From NCBI GenBank assembly GCA_963767005.1, contig CAVYCN010000006.1, forward strand, positions 64,001 through 128,000: 64,000 bases of DNA. Direction: 5' to 3'. Every line of letters begins with the position of its first letter. Position 1 is the first letter of the stretch. The notes under the pieces were generated by a model that was given only the letters and a program-made list of their open reading frames with translations, had not been told where the DNA came from and ran no database searches. This stretch comes from an uncultured Actinomycetes bacterium. Lineage in GTDB: Bacteria; Actinomycetota; Thermoleophilia; UBA2241. Positions 19,638-30,033 of the stretch are shown piece after piece. The translations under genes and the position numbers were made by a program.

Positions 19638-20414
19638 CTACGTGGTGACCACGATCGTCCTGCGGCGGTAGACGGCCACCGACAGAAGGTACGAGACGAC
19701 GAGGATGCCGAGGATCCACGCCAGCGCCGCCCAGACCCTGGGACCAGCCGTCCCGTCGACCAGCAGTGAACGCATCGTCTCGACCACCGGCGTCATCGGC
19801 TGGTGCTCGGCAAAGCCCCGCAGCCAGGGCCTCATGGAGCTCGTCGGCACGAACGCGGGGCTGATGAAGATGAACAGGAGCAGCACGTAGCTGAACGCGC
19901 CGGCCCCCTCCACCGTCTTGGCGAGCAGACCGAAGAAGATGGCCAGCCAGGTCGTCGCGAGCGTGAACAGCAGCAGAATCGCGGCAAAGACCAGCCACGC
20001 CACCACGCCGGCGTGTGACCGGAAGCCGATCGCGAACGCGACCGACAGGACCACCAGGGACGAGAAGAGGTTGGACAGGGTGGACGACGCCACCTGCCCT
20101 CCGAGGATCGACGACGGCGCGAGCGGCATCGTCCTGAAGCGATTGATGATGCCGCTCTGCACGTCCATGCTGAGGCGCACCGCGGCGTACGCAATGCCGC
20201 TCACGACCGTCATGACGACGATGCCCGGCACGATGAAGTCGACGTAACTGGCCGCGCCCGTCTGCCGTCCCACCGCCCCGCCCCACACGTAGACGAACAG
20301 CAGCATGAGTGCGATCGGCATCAGCAGCACGGTGATGATGGTGTCGGGACTGCGCGTGATATGGCGCAGGCTGCGCTTGGCCAGGGTCCAGGTGTCTGCG
20401 AGCGCGCGCGTCAT
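19638..20414 (-). CDS. ABC-2 type permease (DrrB-like)
   Basis: RSLRHITRSPD, YVDFIVPGI, GIINRFRTMP, AEHQPMTP; about 6 TM segments. Confidence 0.92.
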   Translation of the reverse strand: MTRALADTWTLAKRSLRHITRSPDTIITVLLMPIALMLLFVYVWGGAVGRQTGAASYVDFIVPGIVVMTVVSGIAYAAVRLSMDVQSGIINRFRTMPLAPSSILGGQVASSTLSNLFSSLVVLSVAFAIGFRSHAGVVAWLVFAAILLLFTLATTWLAIFFGLLAKTVEGAGAFSYVLLLFIFISPAFVPTSSMRPWLRGFAEHQPMTPVVETMRSLLVDGTAGPRVWAALAWILGILVVSYLLSVAVYRRRTIVVTT

Positions 20415-21373
20415 CGCTCCTCCCCCCCGTCGGCGCCGGTCATCTTGAGGAACACGTCGTCGAGTGTGGCCACCTTCTGGGAGAACTCGGTCGGCTCGAT
20501 CCGAGCGTCCTCGAGCGCCGCGAAGACGCGGGCGACCTGAGCCGCGGAGCCGTCCGTGGCGATCGTCAGCCGCGCGCCCTCGCGTCTGGCCGGCGCGTAG
20601 CCCTTGCCGAGCGCCGCACCGGCGGCGTCACGGGTCTCGTCGTCGGGGAACGTCAGCTCGATCAGCCCGCCCGGCACGAGCTTCTTCAGCTCGCCGGCCG
20701 TTCCGCGGGCGACGATCCCGCCCTGGTGCAGGACCGCGATGTCGTCGGCGAGCTCGTCGGCCTCGTCGAGATACTGTGTCGTCAGGAACACCGTGGTCCC
20801 GCCCGCGGCCAGCGTGCGGATCGTGCGCCACATCTCGTTGCGGGCCGCCGGGTCGAAGCCGCTGGTAGGCTCGTCCAGGAAGATGACGGCAGGACTGCCG
20901 ATCAGGCTCATGGCGATGTCGAGGCGCCGGCGCATGCCACCCGAGAACGTCGACACAGCGCGATCGGCCGCCTCCTCCAGGCCGAACCGCCGCAGCAGGT
21001 CGGCGGCCGTCCCGGCGGAGTCGGCGACGTGGCGCAGGTCACCGATCAGCAGCAGGTTCTCGCGGCCGGTCAGACGGTTGTCGACGGCGGCGAACTGCCC
21101 CGTCAGACTGATCTCGCCGCGCACCTTGCCCGGCCGGGCGGCGACGTCGTAGCCGGCCACCGTGGCCGTGCCGCCGTCGGCTTTGATGAGGGTCGTCAGG
21201 ATGTTGATCGTCGTCGTTTTGCCGGCGCCGTTGCTGCCCAGCAGGGCGAAGACCGTCCCTCTCTGCACGCTGAAGCTGAGGTCCTTCAGCACCGAGACGT
21301 TGTTGTACGACTTGCTGAGCGACCTGGCCTGGATGGCCGTCTCCGCGGCGAGCGAGGCGCTCAGGCTGCTCAT
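20411..21373 (-). CDS. ABC ATP-binding protein (DrrA-like)
   Basis: GSNGAGKT, FSGGMRRRLD, LDEPTSG, TLDDVFL tail. Confidence 0.92.
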   Translation of the reverse strand: MSSLSASLAAETAIQARSLSKSYNNVSVLKDLSFSVQRGTVFALLGSNGAGKTTTINILTTLIKADGGTATVAGYDVAARPGKVRGEISLTGQFAAVDNRLTGRENLLLIGDLRHVADSAGTAADLLRRFGLEEAADRAVSTFSGGMRRRLDIAMSLIGSPAVIFLDEPTSGFDPAARNEMWRTIRTLAAGGTTVFLTTQYLDEADELADDIAVLHQGGIVARGTAGELKKLVPGGLIELTFPDDETRDAAGAALGKGYAPARREGARLTIATDGSAAQVARVFAALEDARIEPTEFSQKVATLDDVFLKMTGADGGEER

Positions 21374-22143
21374 ACCGAGCGCTGGTAGGCGCGGAACGCG
21401 CGGGTGGCGATCCAGGTGCAGACCACGGAGAACACCAGCAGATACAGGGTATGGCTGAGCACGCCGCTCGACCCGGGGCCGTTCATGAGCGCCGTGCGGC
21501 CCGCCTGGATCGCCCAGTTGGCCGGGTTGTACCGGGCGATGTCCTGGATCCACTGGGGCGCCAGGTCCTGCTGCAGGAAGGCCGACGACAGGAAGATCAG
21601 CGGCAGCAGGAGCATGTTGACCGCCGCGATCACCGACTCCTCCTTGCGCAGCAGCAGGGCGACGCCGTTCGACAGCGAGGCGACGCCGATCGACAGCAGG
21701 GCCGAGACGACGATCAGCACGGCGACGCCGCCCCAGCCGCCGGCGAAGCGACCGCCCACGAGCAGCGCAAGGCCCACGATGATGGCGGTCTGGATGAGGA
21801 TGGTCAGCACCTGCGGCGTGACCCGGCCCAGCATGATCGCGCCGCGGCTCGTCGGCGCCACGAGGAACCGGTCCATGACGCCGCGGTCGAGATCGTCGAT
21901 CACGCCCATGCCGCTCCAGCCGCCGGCGAACATGGCGCTCATGACGACGATGCCCGGCGTGAGGAACGTGATGTAGGAGTGCGTGGCAAAGCCGGGGATC
22001 TCGACGACCTTCTTGAACAGGGCGCCGAAGAGCAGCAGGTAGATGATCGGTTGCGCCAGCGAGAGACCCACGAACCAGGGCTGGCGCAGGAAGTTGCGTA
22101 CCTGGCGCGCGGTCAGGTAGAGCGTGTGGCGCAATGCTGTCAT
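21370..22143 (-). CDS. ABC-2 type permease (DrrB-like)
   Basis: LAQPIIYLLLFG, YITFLTPGI, GVMDRFLVAP, RYNPANW. Confidence 0.92.
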   Translation of the reverse strand: MTALRHTLYLTARQVRNFLRQPWFVGLSLAQPIIYLLLFGALFKKVVEIPGFATHSYITFLTPGIVVMSAMFAGGWSGMGVIDDLDRGVMDRFLVAPTSRGAIMLGRVTPQVLTILIQTAIIVGLALLVGGRFAGGWGGVAVLIVVSALLSIGVASLSNGVALLLRKEESVIAAVNMLLLPLIFLSSAFLQQDLAPQWIQDIARYNPANWAIQAGRTALMNGPGSSGVLSHTLYLLVFSVVCTWIATRAFRAYQRSV

Positions 22144-23120
22144 CGGACCACCTCCGCGGCCGTGTCGGCGTCGGCGAAGCGCCGACCGGTGTACTTCAGA
22201 TAGACGTCGTCGAGCGAGGGCCGGGCGACCGTGACCGAGACCACCGGCACGCCCTGCGCCTCGAGGGCCTGGAGCATGACCGGCACCGCGCGAGCGCCGT
22301 CGTCGGCGCGGGCATGCACGATCCGGCCGTCCTCGATCGTCACGTCGCGGACGCTTTCGACGCGGCCCAGGGCCGCCGTCACGCGACCGTTGGCATCGGC
22401 GACGCCGAGCTCGACGTGCACGGCGTCGCCGCGCAGCTCGCTCTTCAGGGCGTCGGGCGTGCCCTCGGCCACGATGCGCCCCTGGTCGACGATCGCCACG
22501 TGACGCGCCAGGCGGTCGGCCTCCTCCAGGTAGTGCGTGGTGAGCAGGATCGTGAGACCCTCCTCGGCGGCGAGGCGCTCGATCTCGCGCCACATGTCGG
22601 CGCGGGCCGCGGGGTCGAGCCCGGTGGTGGGCTCGTCCAGGAACAGCACGGCGGGCCGGTGGATCAGGCCCATGGCCACGTCGAGCTTGCGCTGCATGCC
22701 GCCCGAGTAGGTACGGGTGACGCGCCGCGCGGCGTCGGCCAGGTCGAAGCGCTCGAGCATGGCGTCGACGCGCGCCTCGAGCTCGCGACCCGTCATGCCG
22801 TACAGGCGGCCCTGCAGGCGCAGGTTCTCGCGCCCGGTGGCCTGCACGTCGACGCCCGACTTCTGCGCCACGGAGCCGATCGCGCGACGCACGCGGTCGG
22901 GGTGGCGCAGCACGTCGATGCCGGCCACCTGAGCCGCGCCCTCGTCGGGCCGTGACAGCGTCGTCAGGATCCGCACCGTGGTCGACTTCCCCGCCCCGTT
23001 CGGGCCGACGAGGCCGAACACGCTGCCCGGCTGCGCCTCGAAGCTCACGCCGTCCAAGGCGCGCACCCCCTTGGGGTACGTCTTCACCAATCCTTTCGCT
23101 GCGATCGCGGTGTCACTCAT
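22140..23120 (-). CDS. ABC ATP-binding protein (DrrA-like)
   Basis: GPNGAGKS, YSGGMQRKLD, LDEPTTG, PSLDDVYLKYTG. Confidence 0.93.
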   Translation of the reverse strand: MSDTAIAAKGLVKTYPKGVRALDGVSFEAQPGSVFGLVGPNGAGKSTTVRILTTLSRPDEGAAQVAGIDVLRHPDRVRRAIGSVAQKSGVDVQATGRENLRLQGRLYGMTGRELEARVDAMLERFDLADAARRVTRTYSGGMQRKLDVAMGLIHRPAVLFLDEPTTGLDPAARADMWREIERLAAEEGLTILLTTHYLEEADRLARHVAIVDQGRIVAEGTPDALKSELRGDAVHVELGVADANGRVTAALGRVESVRDVTIEDGRIVHARADDGARAVPVMLQALEAQGVPVVSVTVARPSLDDVYLKYTGRRFADADTAAEVVR

Positions 23121-23194
23121 GCGTCGTCATCCTTCGCTCGCCGGCCGGTCCCGCGAATGCTCGCGGACCAGGCCGGAACGTTTCCAGAACGGTC

Positions 23195-23255
23195 ACAGTT
23201 TAGTTCCAAGATATTTTGAGTGTCAAACTTTTCTTCTGTGGTATATTCTCTCCAT
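23195..23255. promoter_or_regulatory. AT-rich divergent promoter/operator between drrA and the MarR fusion
   Basis: Near-palindrome CAAGATATTTTG; extended -10 TGGTATATT on +; TTGACA on the minus strand at 23221-23226. Confidence 0.55.
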
Positions 23256-23279
23256 CTCTTCCCCGTTCTGGAGGCGACA

Positions 23280-24383
23280 TTGGCAAGCAAGGCGGACAAG
23301 CTGATCGACGAGGTCGGGGGGGAGCTCGGCGAGCTGCGCCGGGCGGCCGACAGCCTCGACGAGGCGGTCGCCACCAAGTTCGGGCTCAACCGCACCGACC
23401 TGCGCTGCCTGGGGATCATCTACCGCCGCGGCAGGGTGACGGCCGGCGAGCTCGCCGAGGAGAGCGGACTGTCGCCGGGCGCGATCACGACCGTGCTCGA
23501 CCGCATGGAGCGCGGCGGCTACGCGAACCGCGTGGCCGACCCCGCCGACCGCCGCCGCGTGCTCGTGACGTCGACCGCGGCGACCCGCGAGCTCGGCGCC
23601 CGCCTGTACGGCGAGGTCGAGCTCGCCGGACGCGCCCAGCTCGAGGGCGTCGCTCCCGACCACATCGAGGTGATCCGCGATTACCTGCGCGGCGTGCGGC
23701 TGTTCTACGAGGAGCTCGTGCGCAGCGTGCAGGGACCGGCGGACGCCGGCGGCGACGGCGCCGCCACCGTGACGGCGACCGACGCGAGCGCGCCGCTCGC
23801 CGGTGTCACTCTCGGCCGGCTGGTGATCGTCAAAGGCGCCGCGCGGGTGGACATCCGCGTCGACGACTCGCTGACCGATCTCTACCACGCGACCTTCGAC
23901 GCGCCCCCGCAGATCACGGTCGACGGCGGCACAGTCACGATCGGCCAGAAACGCCGTTTCCTGCCGTTCGACTGGCGGGTGGCCAGGACCGACCTCCGAC
24001 TCAACCCCGCCGTGCCCTGGGAGATCGCGCTCAAGGGCGGCATGTGGAAGCTGACGGCCGACCTCCGCGGCCTCGAGCTGCGCTCGCTCGACGTCGACGG
24101 CGGCGCGAGCGACGTCGAGATGTGGCTGCCGGCGCCGGCCGGCGTCGTGCCCGTGCGCATCTCCGGCGGTGCCAGCCACGTCCACCTCCACCGCCCCATG
24201 GGCTGCGCCCTGCGCGCCGACGTGAGCGGTGGCGCCAGTCAGATCGAGCTCGACAGCCGCGCGCAACACGCGATCGGCGGCCGCGGCCGCATCGAGACCC
24301 CGGACTTCGCCCAGGCGAGCGACGGTTACGAGCTGCGTTTCACCGGCGGTGCCAGCCACCTCGAGATCGACGTCGCCAGGTAG
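23280..24383 (+). CDS. MarR regulator fused to a C-terminal beta-solenoid (GGAS-repeat) domain
   Basis: MarR (LNRTDLRCL...TAGELA...DPADRRRV) followed by repeats GGASDV, GGASHV, GGASQI, GGASHL. TTG start with GGAGG RBS. Confidence 0.8.
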   Translation: MASKADKLIDEVGGELGELRRAADSLDEAVATKFGLNRTDLRCLGIIYRRGRVTAGELAEESGLSPGAITTVLDRMERGGYANRVADPADRRRVLVTSTAATRELGARLYGEVELAGRAQLEGVAPDHIEVIRDYLRGVRLFYEELVRSVQGPADAGGDGAATVTATDASAPLAGVTLGRLVIVKGAARVDIRVDDSLTDLYHATFDAPPQITVDGGTVTIGQKRRFLPFDWRVARTDLRLNPAVPWEIALKGGMWKLTADLRGLELRSLDVDGGASDVEMWLPAPAGVVPVRISGGASHVHLHRPMGCALRADVSGGASQIELDSRAQHAIGGRGRIETPDFAQASDGYELRFTGGASHLEIDVAR

Positions 24384-24391
24384 GAGCCCGC

Positions 24392-24430
24392 AAGCGACGA
24401 GGGCGGGGTACTCCGGCGCCCCCGTCGCTT
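24392..24430. terminator. Imperfect hairpin between convergent genes
   Basis: AAGCGACG.GGGCG...CGCCC.CGTCGCTT. Confidence 0.5.
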
Positions 24431-24481
24431 CGCGCCTTCACCGACCGGCCGGCGGGTGCGCTCCGGCCGTCCGAGCCGACG

Positions 24482-26884
24482 CTACTTGCCGGCGACGTTG
24501 ACCGTGCCGCCGAGCGTCCCGGGAGCCGGCCAGGGCTGGGGCCGGCCGTCGCCGGGCGGCGCGGCGACGCCGTCCGGCGCCGCCGCGCCACGCCCTTCGA
24601 CGCTCACGTTCGGCAGCCACTCGAGCCAGCGCGGCAGGTACCAGTTCCAGTCGCCGAGCAGCTCCATGGCGGCCGGCACGATGATCGTGCGCACCACGGT
24701 GGCGTCGAGCAGCACGGCCACGGCAAGGCCGAAGCCTATCTGCTGGAACATGACCAGGCGGCCGCCGGCCATGCCGGCGAAGACACACACCATGATCGCC
24801 GCGGCGCCGGTGATGATGCTCGCTGTGCGGCCCACGCCCCAGGCCACCGCCTCGCGCGTGTCGCCGGTATGGTCGTAGCGCTCCTTGATGCGCGACAGCA
24901 GGAACACCTGGTAGTCCATCGAGAGACCGAACAGCAGGCTGAACAGGAACAGCGGCACCCAGGCCTCGATCGTGTCGACCCTGGTCAGGCCGAGCAGGTG
25001 GGCGCCCACGCCCTTCTGGAAGACCAGCACCAGCAGGCCGTACGAGGCGCCGACCGACAGCAGGTTCATGGCGATCGCCTTGGCCGGGATGACGATCGAG
25101 CGGAAGGCGACGAGCAGCAGCACGAACGAGAGCGACAGCACGACGGTCAGGGCGATCGGCAGCCAGCGGTGGAAGAAGGCGAGGTAGTCGACGACGAAGG
25201 CGGTGTTGCCCGACACATACACCTTGGCCGGCGCGTCGCCAAAGGCGGCCGGCACCATGTCCGCGCGTACGTGCTTGACGAGGGCCTGGGCGGCCTCGCC
25301 GGCCGGGTCGCCCGCCAGGGTGGTCGTGACCACCGTCAGGTCGCCGGCCTTGTCGACCACCGTCTGGGCGGAGCCGAAGCGGCCGTCGCGCTTCATGGCG
25401 GCGACGAGCGTCGCGACGCCGCGACGCACGGCCGGAGTGGCCGCCGGCCCGTCGACCACGATCTGCAAGGGGTCGACCTTGCCCAGGCTGAAGTCGCGCC
25501 CGAGGATGTCCCAGCCCTGCTTGGCGTACTGGTCGGCCGGCAGGTAGCGGGCCGTCATGTTGGTGTTGCCGGTCTTCATCGCGAGCACCGGAGCGGCCAG
25601 CACGAGCAGGCAGACGACCGCCGCGATGAGCCACACCGCGGGCCGCCGCATGATGCTGTGGGCGAGGCGTTCGAACAGGCCCGAGCGACCGCTCGCGCGG
25701 TCCATCGCGAGGCGGCCGACGAGCGGTAGGCGCAGGGCGTTCACGCGGTCGCCGAGCAGGCCGAGCAGGGCCGGCAGCAGCACCAGGGTCGTAGCGAGGG
25801 TCGTGAAGACCACGAGCATCACACCGAGGCCCATGCCGATCGTGATGTCGAGCGGCACGATGACCATGCCGAGCATGGCGAGCACGACGGTCATGCCGCT
25901 GAAGAAGATGGCGCGATTGGCCGTGGCGCCGGTCGCGGCGATGGCGTCGATCCGGTCCAGGCCGTGGGCGCGCTCCTCGCGATAGCGCGAGACCACGAAC
26001 AGCGTGTAGTCGATGCCGACGGCGAGACCCATCATCGTGAGGACGTTCAGCACGAAGGTGTTGATCGGATAGACCTGGCCGATCAGGCCGGTCAGGGCCA
26101 AGGCCAGCACGATGCTCACGATGCTGAGCAGGAGCGGCATGCCGGCCGCGACCAGGGCGCCGAACACGACGACGAGGATGACGAGGGCCGCCGGTATGCC
26201 GAACACCTCGGCGTTCTCGAGGTCGCCCTTGGCCACCGTGTCGATCATCTTGTTGAGGCTGGCGTCGCCGGTCTGGGCGAGCGTGAAGCCGGGCTGCGCG
26301 CTCGCGACCACCGCGGCGTGCAGCCTGTCGACGTTCTTCTCGGCCTGGTCGAGGTCGCCGGCCATGACCACCGGGATCAGGGTGGCGTGACCGTCGCGCG
26401 AGCGCAGCGTCTGGTCGCGGCTCGTGTAGAGGGTCGAGACGTTCTGGACGACGCCGGCGCCGAGCTTGCCGATACGTCCGGCGACGCCCTCGACGTACGC
26501 CCGAAAGCGCGGGTCGCCGACCTTGTAGCTGGCCGAGCGCACGATCACGAAGTCGGTGTAGCGCTGCGGGCCGGTGAGCCGCTGCTGCACCAGGTTCTGG
26601 CCGATCACGCTGTCGGGCTCGCCGCCGCGGAACTTCATGTCCGAGGTAACGCCGCTGCCGAGCAGCGCTCCCATCGACACGACGGCCACGGCGACCAGCG
26701 CAAGCCAGGCCCCGGTCGCCCGCCACGGATGTGTCGCGCTCGCGCGCGCGAGCCGCTCGGTGAACGACACGCGGCCCGCCGCGGCCCCGGCCGCGCTCCC
26801 GTGCGCACCGTTCGTCGCTTCGCTCGCGGCCCTCGCGCCGCCGTCGGCCTCCGCCGTGCTTCGCCTGCGCGTCGTCTGCCTCAT
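24482..26884 (-). CDS. MMPL/RND family transporter
   Basis: GLAVGIDYTLFVVSRYREE and FGLSMDYQVFLLSRIKE, LLDATVVR; two-repeat topology. Confidence 0.93.
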   Translation of the reverse strand: MRQTTRRRSTAEADGGARAASEATNGAHGSAAGAAAGRVSFTERLARASATHPWRATGAWLALVAVAVVSMGALLGSGVTSDMKFRGGEPDSVIGQNLVQQRLTGPQRYTDFVIVRSASYKVGDPRFRAYVEGVAGRIGKLGAGVVQNVSTLYTSRDQTLRSRDGHATLIPVVMAGDLDQAEKNVDRLHAAVVASAQPGFTLAQTGDASLNKMIDTVAKGDLENAEVFGIPAALVILVVVFGALVAAGMPLLLSIVSIVLALALTGLIGQVYPINTFVLNVLTMMGLAVGIDYTLFVVSRYREERAHGLDRIDAIAATGATANRAIFFSGMTVVLAMLGMVIVPLDITIGMGLGVMLVVFTTLATTLVLLPALLGLLGDRVNALRLPLVGRLAMDRASGRSGLFERLAHSIMRRPAVWLIAAVVCLLVLAAPVLAMKTGNTNMTARYLPADQYAKQGWDILGRDFSLGKVDPLQIVVDGPAATPAVRRGVATLVAAMKRDGRFGSAQTVVDKAGDLTVVTTTLAGDPAGEAAQALVKHVRADMVPAAFGDAPAKVYVSGNTAFVVDYLAFFHRWLPIALTVVLSLSFVLLLVAFRSIVIPAKAIAMNLLSVGASYGLLVLVFQKGVGAHLLGLTRVDTIEAWVPLFLFSLLFGLSMDYQVFLLSRIKERYDHTGDTREAVAWGVGRTASIITGAAAIMVCVFAGMAGGRLVMFQQIGFGLAVAVLLDATVVRTIIVPAAMELLGDWNWYLPRWLEWLPNVSVEGRGAAAPDGVAAPPGDGRPQPWPAPGTLGGTVNVAGK

Positions 26885-27184
26885 GACACCCCTCACCGTC
26901 GCCGTCGCCCTCGGGGCCTTAAGCTCGGCCCTCGCCAGAAGGCTACGCGGCGGCGAGCGCCGCGGCGTCGCTCCAGCGTGGCGCATCGGGGTCAACTGCG
27001 GGGGGAGATCGCGGTGCCGCGCGGGTCCGCCCGCGAGTGACGAGCGGCCCCCTCTACCCCGGCGGAGGTAGACGACGACCCTCCCGGGGAAGACCCGCCA
27101 GAAACCCGGGGCCTGTGGCGCAGCGGCCGCCGCGGCGGCCGGATGATAGGCTTTCGCGACTCGCGAGCAACGGAGGTCCCGCAC

Positions 27185-28381
27185 GTGACGACCACCCACC
27201 CCACGCCACCGGCGGCCCCGCCGGCGCCGGGTCGCACCGGCGCCGTGCCGGACGTGGGCGAGACGCCCACGACCGGCACGGCGCCGCGCTACCACGCCCC
27301 GCTCAGCGGCGGCGTCGAGCAGATCGACACGCCGGCGCTGCTGCTCGACCGCGACCGGCTCGAACGCAACATCGCCGCCATGGCGGCCTTCGTCGCGGGC
27401 GGCCCGGCGCAGCTCCGGCCGCACAGCAAGACCCACAAGTGCGTCGAGATCGCCCGCCTGCAGCTCGCCGCCGGCGCGGTCGGCATCACCTGCGCCAAAG
27501 TCGGTGAGGCCGAGGCCCTGGCGGCCGGCGGCATCCTCGACATCCTGATCGCCAACCAGGTGGTCGGACCCATCAAGATCGCCCGCCTGGTCGCCCTGGC
27601 GCAGCGCTGCGCCCTGACGGTTGCGGTCGACGACGCCGGCAACGTGGCCGCCCTCTCGGCGGCCGCGGCGGCCGCCGGCGTCACGCTGCGCTGCTACGTC
27701 GAGGTCGACGTCGGCATGGCGCGCTGCGGCGTCGCCGACGGCGCCGCCGCGCTCGAGCTCGCCCTCCGGGTGGCCGCCGCGCCCGGCCTGGTCTTCGCCG
27801 GCCTGCAGACCTACGAAGGCCACCTCCAGGAGGTCGTGCCGCTTGCCGAGCGCGTCGCGCGCACCCGCCACGACATGGCCGCGGCGCTCGCGGCCCGGCA
27901 GGCCGTCGAGGCCGGCGGCCTGCCGGTCGGCCAGGTGAGCGGCGGTGGCACCGGCACGCACATGGTGACCGGGCGGCTGCCCTACATGACCGAGCTGCAG
28001 TGCGGCTCCTACGCCACGATGGACGCGCTGTACGCGGCGGTCGGCGGCGCCGACTTCGAGAACGCCCTCACGGTGCTCGCCACGGTGATCAGCCGGCCGC
28101 GACGCGATCGCGCCGTGCTCGACGCCGGCCTCAAGGCCGTGACGCCCGAGTTCGGCCCGCCGACGGTGCTCGTCGACGGAGCGACCTGGCTCGACTTCTC
28201 CGAGGAGCACGGCGAGCTCGCCCTCGAGGGCGCCGCGTGCGGGCTGCGCATCGGCGACAAGATCGCGCTCGTGCCGCGCCACGGCTGCACGACGATCAAC
28301 CTCTACGACGAGATCCACGTGCTGCGCGACGGGCGCCTCGACGACGTGTGGCGCGTGACCGGTCGCGGCCGGAGCCAGTGA
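27185..28381 (+). CDS. PLP-dependent D-threonine aldolase / D-serine dehydratase (DSD1) family
   Basis: TPALLLD, RPHSKTHK (PLP Lys), GGGTGT, DAGLKA, SEEHG, PRHGCTTINL. Confidence 0.9.
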   Translation: MTTTHPTPPAAPPAPGRTGAVPDVGETPTTGTAPRYHAPLSGGVEQIDTPALLLDRDRLERNIAAMAAFVAGGPAQLRPHSKTHKCVEIARLQLAAGAVGITCAKVGEAEALAAGGILDILIANQVVGPIKIARLVALAQRCALTVAVDDAGNVAALSAAAAAAGVTLRCYVEVDVGMARCGVADGAAALELALRVAAAPGLVFAGLQTYEGHLQEVVPLAERVARTRHDMAAALAARQAVEAGGLPVGQVSGGGTGTHMVTGRLPYMTELQCGSYATMDALYAAVGGADFENALTVLATVISRPRRDRAVLDAGLKAVTPEFGPPTVLVDGATWLDFSEEHGELALEGAACGLRIGDKIALVPRHGCTTINLYDEIHVLRDGRLDDVWRVTGRGRSQ

Positions 28382-29397
28382 TGGACGGCGGGCTCGCTTC
28401 GTTCGTCCGCGCCCTGCCCAAGGCCGAGCTCCACCTGCACATCGAGGGCACGCTCGAGCCCGAGCTCATGCTCGCCCTCGGCGAGCGCAACGGCGTGCAC
28501 GTGCCCTACGCCGACGCCGACGAGGCGCGCGCCGCCTACCGGTTCTCCGACCTGCGCTCGTTCCTCAACCTCTACTACCGCGGCATGGAGGTGCTGCGCC
28601 ACGAGGCCGACTTCTGCGAGCTCACGGCCGCCTATCTGCGCCGCGCTCACCGCGACGGCGCGCGCCACGTCGAAGTCTTCTTCGACCCGCAGAGCCACGT
28701 CGTGCGCGGCGTACCGTTCGACGAGGTCGTGGCCGGCATCGCGGCGGCGCTCGCCGACGCCGAGCGCGAGCTCGGCCTCTCGTCTCGCCTGATCATGTGC
28801 TTCCTGCGCGACGAGAGCCCGAGCAGCGCCCGCGAGGTCCTGCACCAGGCGCTGCGCTACCGCGACCTCATCGTCGGCGTGGGCCTCGACTCGGCCGAGG
28901 TCGGCCACCCGCCGCGCGACTTCGCGGCGATCTTCGCAGAGGCGCGCGCGGCCGGCTTTGTGACCGTCGCCCACGCCGGCGAGGAGGGCCCGGCCGGCTA
29001 CGTGAGCGAGGCACTCGACGTGCTCGCGGTGCGGCGCATCGACCACGGCGTGCACGCGATCGACGACCCCGCACTCGTCGCGCGCCTGCGCCGCGACCAC
29101 GTGACGCTCACCATGTGCCCGCTCTCGAACCTGCGCCTGCGCGTGGTCAACGACCTCGCCGAGCATCCGCTCGCGCGCCTGCTCCGGGCCGGCGTGCCGG
29201 TCACCATCAATTCCGACGACCCCGCCTACTTCGGCGGCTACCTGGTCGACAACTACCTGGCCGTCGCCGAGGCCCTGCGTCTCGAGCCGGCCGAGCTGGT
29301 CGCACTCGCCCGCAACTCGATCACCGGCTCGCTGCTGACCGACGAGCGCTGCGCCGCGCTGCTCGCCGAGCTCGACGAGCAGGCGACCCGCGCCTGA
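28381..29397 (+). CDS. add: Adenosine/adenine deaminase
   Basis: PKAELHLHIEGTLEPE, AHAGEEG, RIDHG, NSDDPAYFGG. Confidence 0.92.
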   Translation: MDGGLASFVRALPKAELHLHIEGTLEPELMLALGERNGVHVPYADADEARAAYRFSDLRSFLNLYYRGMEVLRHEADFCELTAAYLRRAHRDGARHVEVFFDPQSHVVRGVPFDEVVAGIAAALADAERELGLSSRLIMCFLRDESPSSAREVLHQALRYRDLIVGVGLDSAEVGHPPRDFAAIFAEARAAGFVTVAHAGEEGPAGYVSEALDVLAVRRIDHGVHAIDDPALVARLRRDHVTLTMCPLSNLRLRVVNDLAEHPLARLLRAGVPVTINSDDPAYFGGYLVDNYLAVAEALRLEPAELVALARNSITGSLLTDERCAALLAELDEQATRA

Positions 29398-29447
29398 CGG
29401 TTCCAGGCCTCTGCGACGAGCAGGCGGCCCGCGCCTGACGGTTCCAG
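29373..29447. repeat. 34-bp direct duplication spanning the add stop codon
   Basis: CGACGAGCAGGCGRCCCGCGCCTGACGGTTCCAG at 29373 and 29414, 1 mismatch. Confidence 0.9.
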
Positions 29448-29487
29448 ACGCTTCCGCCGGCCCCGCCCCCGTCATATCCTTGCTCGC

Positions 29488-30015
29488 ATGCCGCAGCTCG
29501 TCACACCGGCCGAGGAATACCGCGCCTCGTTTCTGGCGGCGCTCGTCGAGTACCACGAGGAGCACCGCCACCTCGAGCTCGGCCTCGAGACGCTGAACGC
29601 GCCCGACTCGTTCGCCCGCTACGTGGCCGCGCTGCGCGCCGAAGAGAACCTGCACACCGATGACCGCTCAGGGCGCGTGCCGCAGACGAACCTCTGGTGG
29701 GTCGACGGCTACGAGTACCTGGGACGCATCGCAATCCGCCACCGGTTGAACGCCGGCCTGCGCAGCGTCGGCGGCCACATCGGCTACGAGATCCGTCCGA
29801 GAGCGCGCCATCGCGGCCACGCCACCGCGATGCTCGCCGCGGCCCTGCCGCTCGCCCACGCCATGACGATCGACCCGGCGCTCATCACCTGCGACGTGAA
29901 CAACACGATCTCGCGGCGGGTGATCGAGGCCAACGGCGGACGCTACGCCGGCCGTGACGGCGACGAGCTGCACTTCTGGGTGCCGACCTCACCGCCCGCC
30001 GCGCCCGACTGTTAG
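29488..30015 (+). CDS. GNAT N-acetyltransferase
   Basis: GRIAIRHRLN...GGHIGYEIRP..R.RGHAT...N..SRRVIEANGG. TATCCT 7 nt upstream suggests a leaderless transcript. Confidence 0.9.
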   Translation: MPQLVTPAEEYRASFLAALVEYHEEHRHLELGLETLNAPDSFARYVAALRAEENLHTDDRSGRVPQTNLWWVDGYEYLGRIAIRHRLNAGLRSVGGHIGYEIRPRARHRGHATAMLAAALPLAHAMTIDPALITCDVNNTISRRVIEANGGRYAGRDGDELHFWVPTSPPAAPDC

Positions 30016-30033
30016 CCGGGCACCCGTTGCGGG

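Noticed and set aside
26885-28318. N-terminal extension of the 1278-aa MMPL ORF
   Set aside because: It is the antisense shadow of the D-threonine aldolase gene; MMPL similarity starts near 26884.
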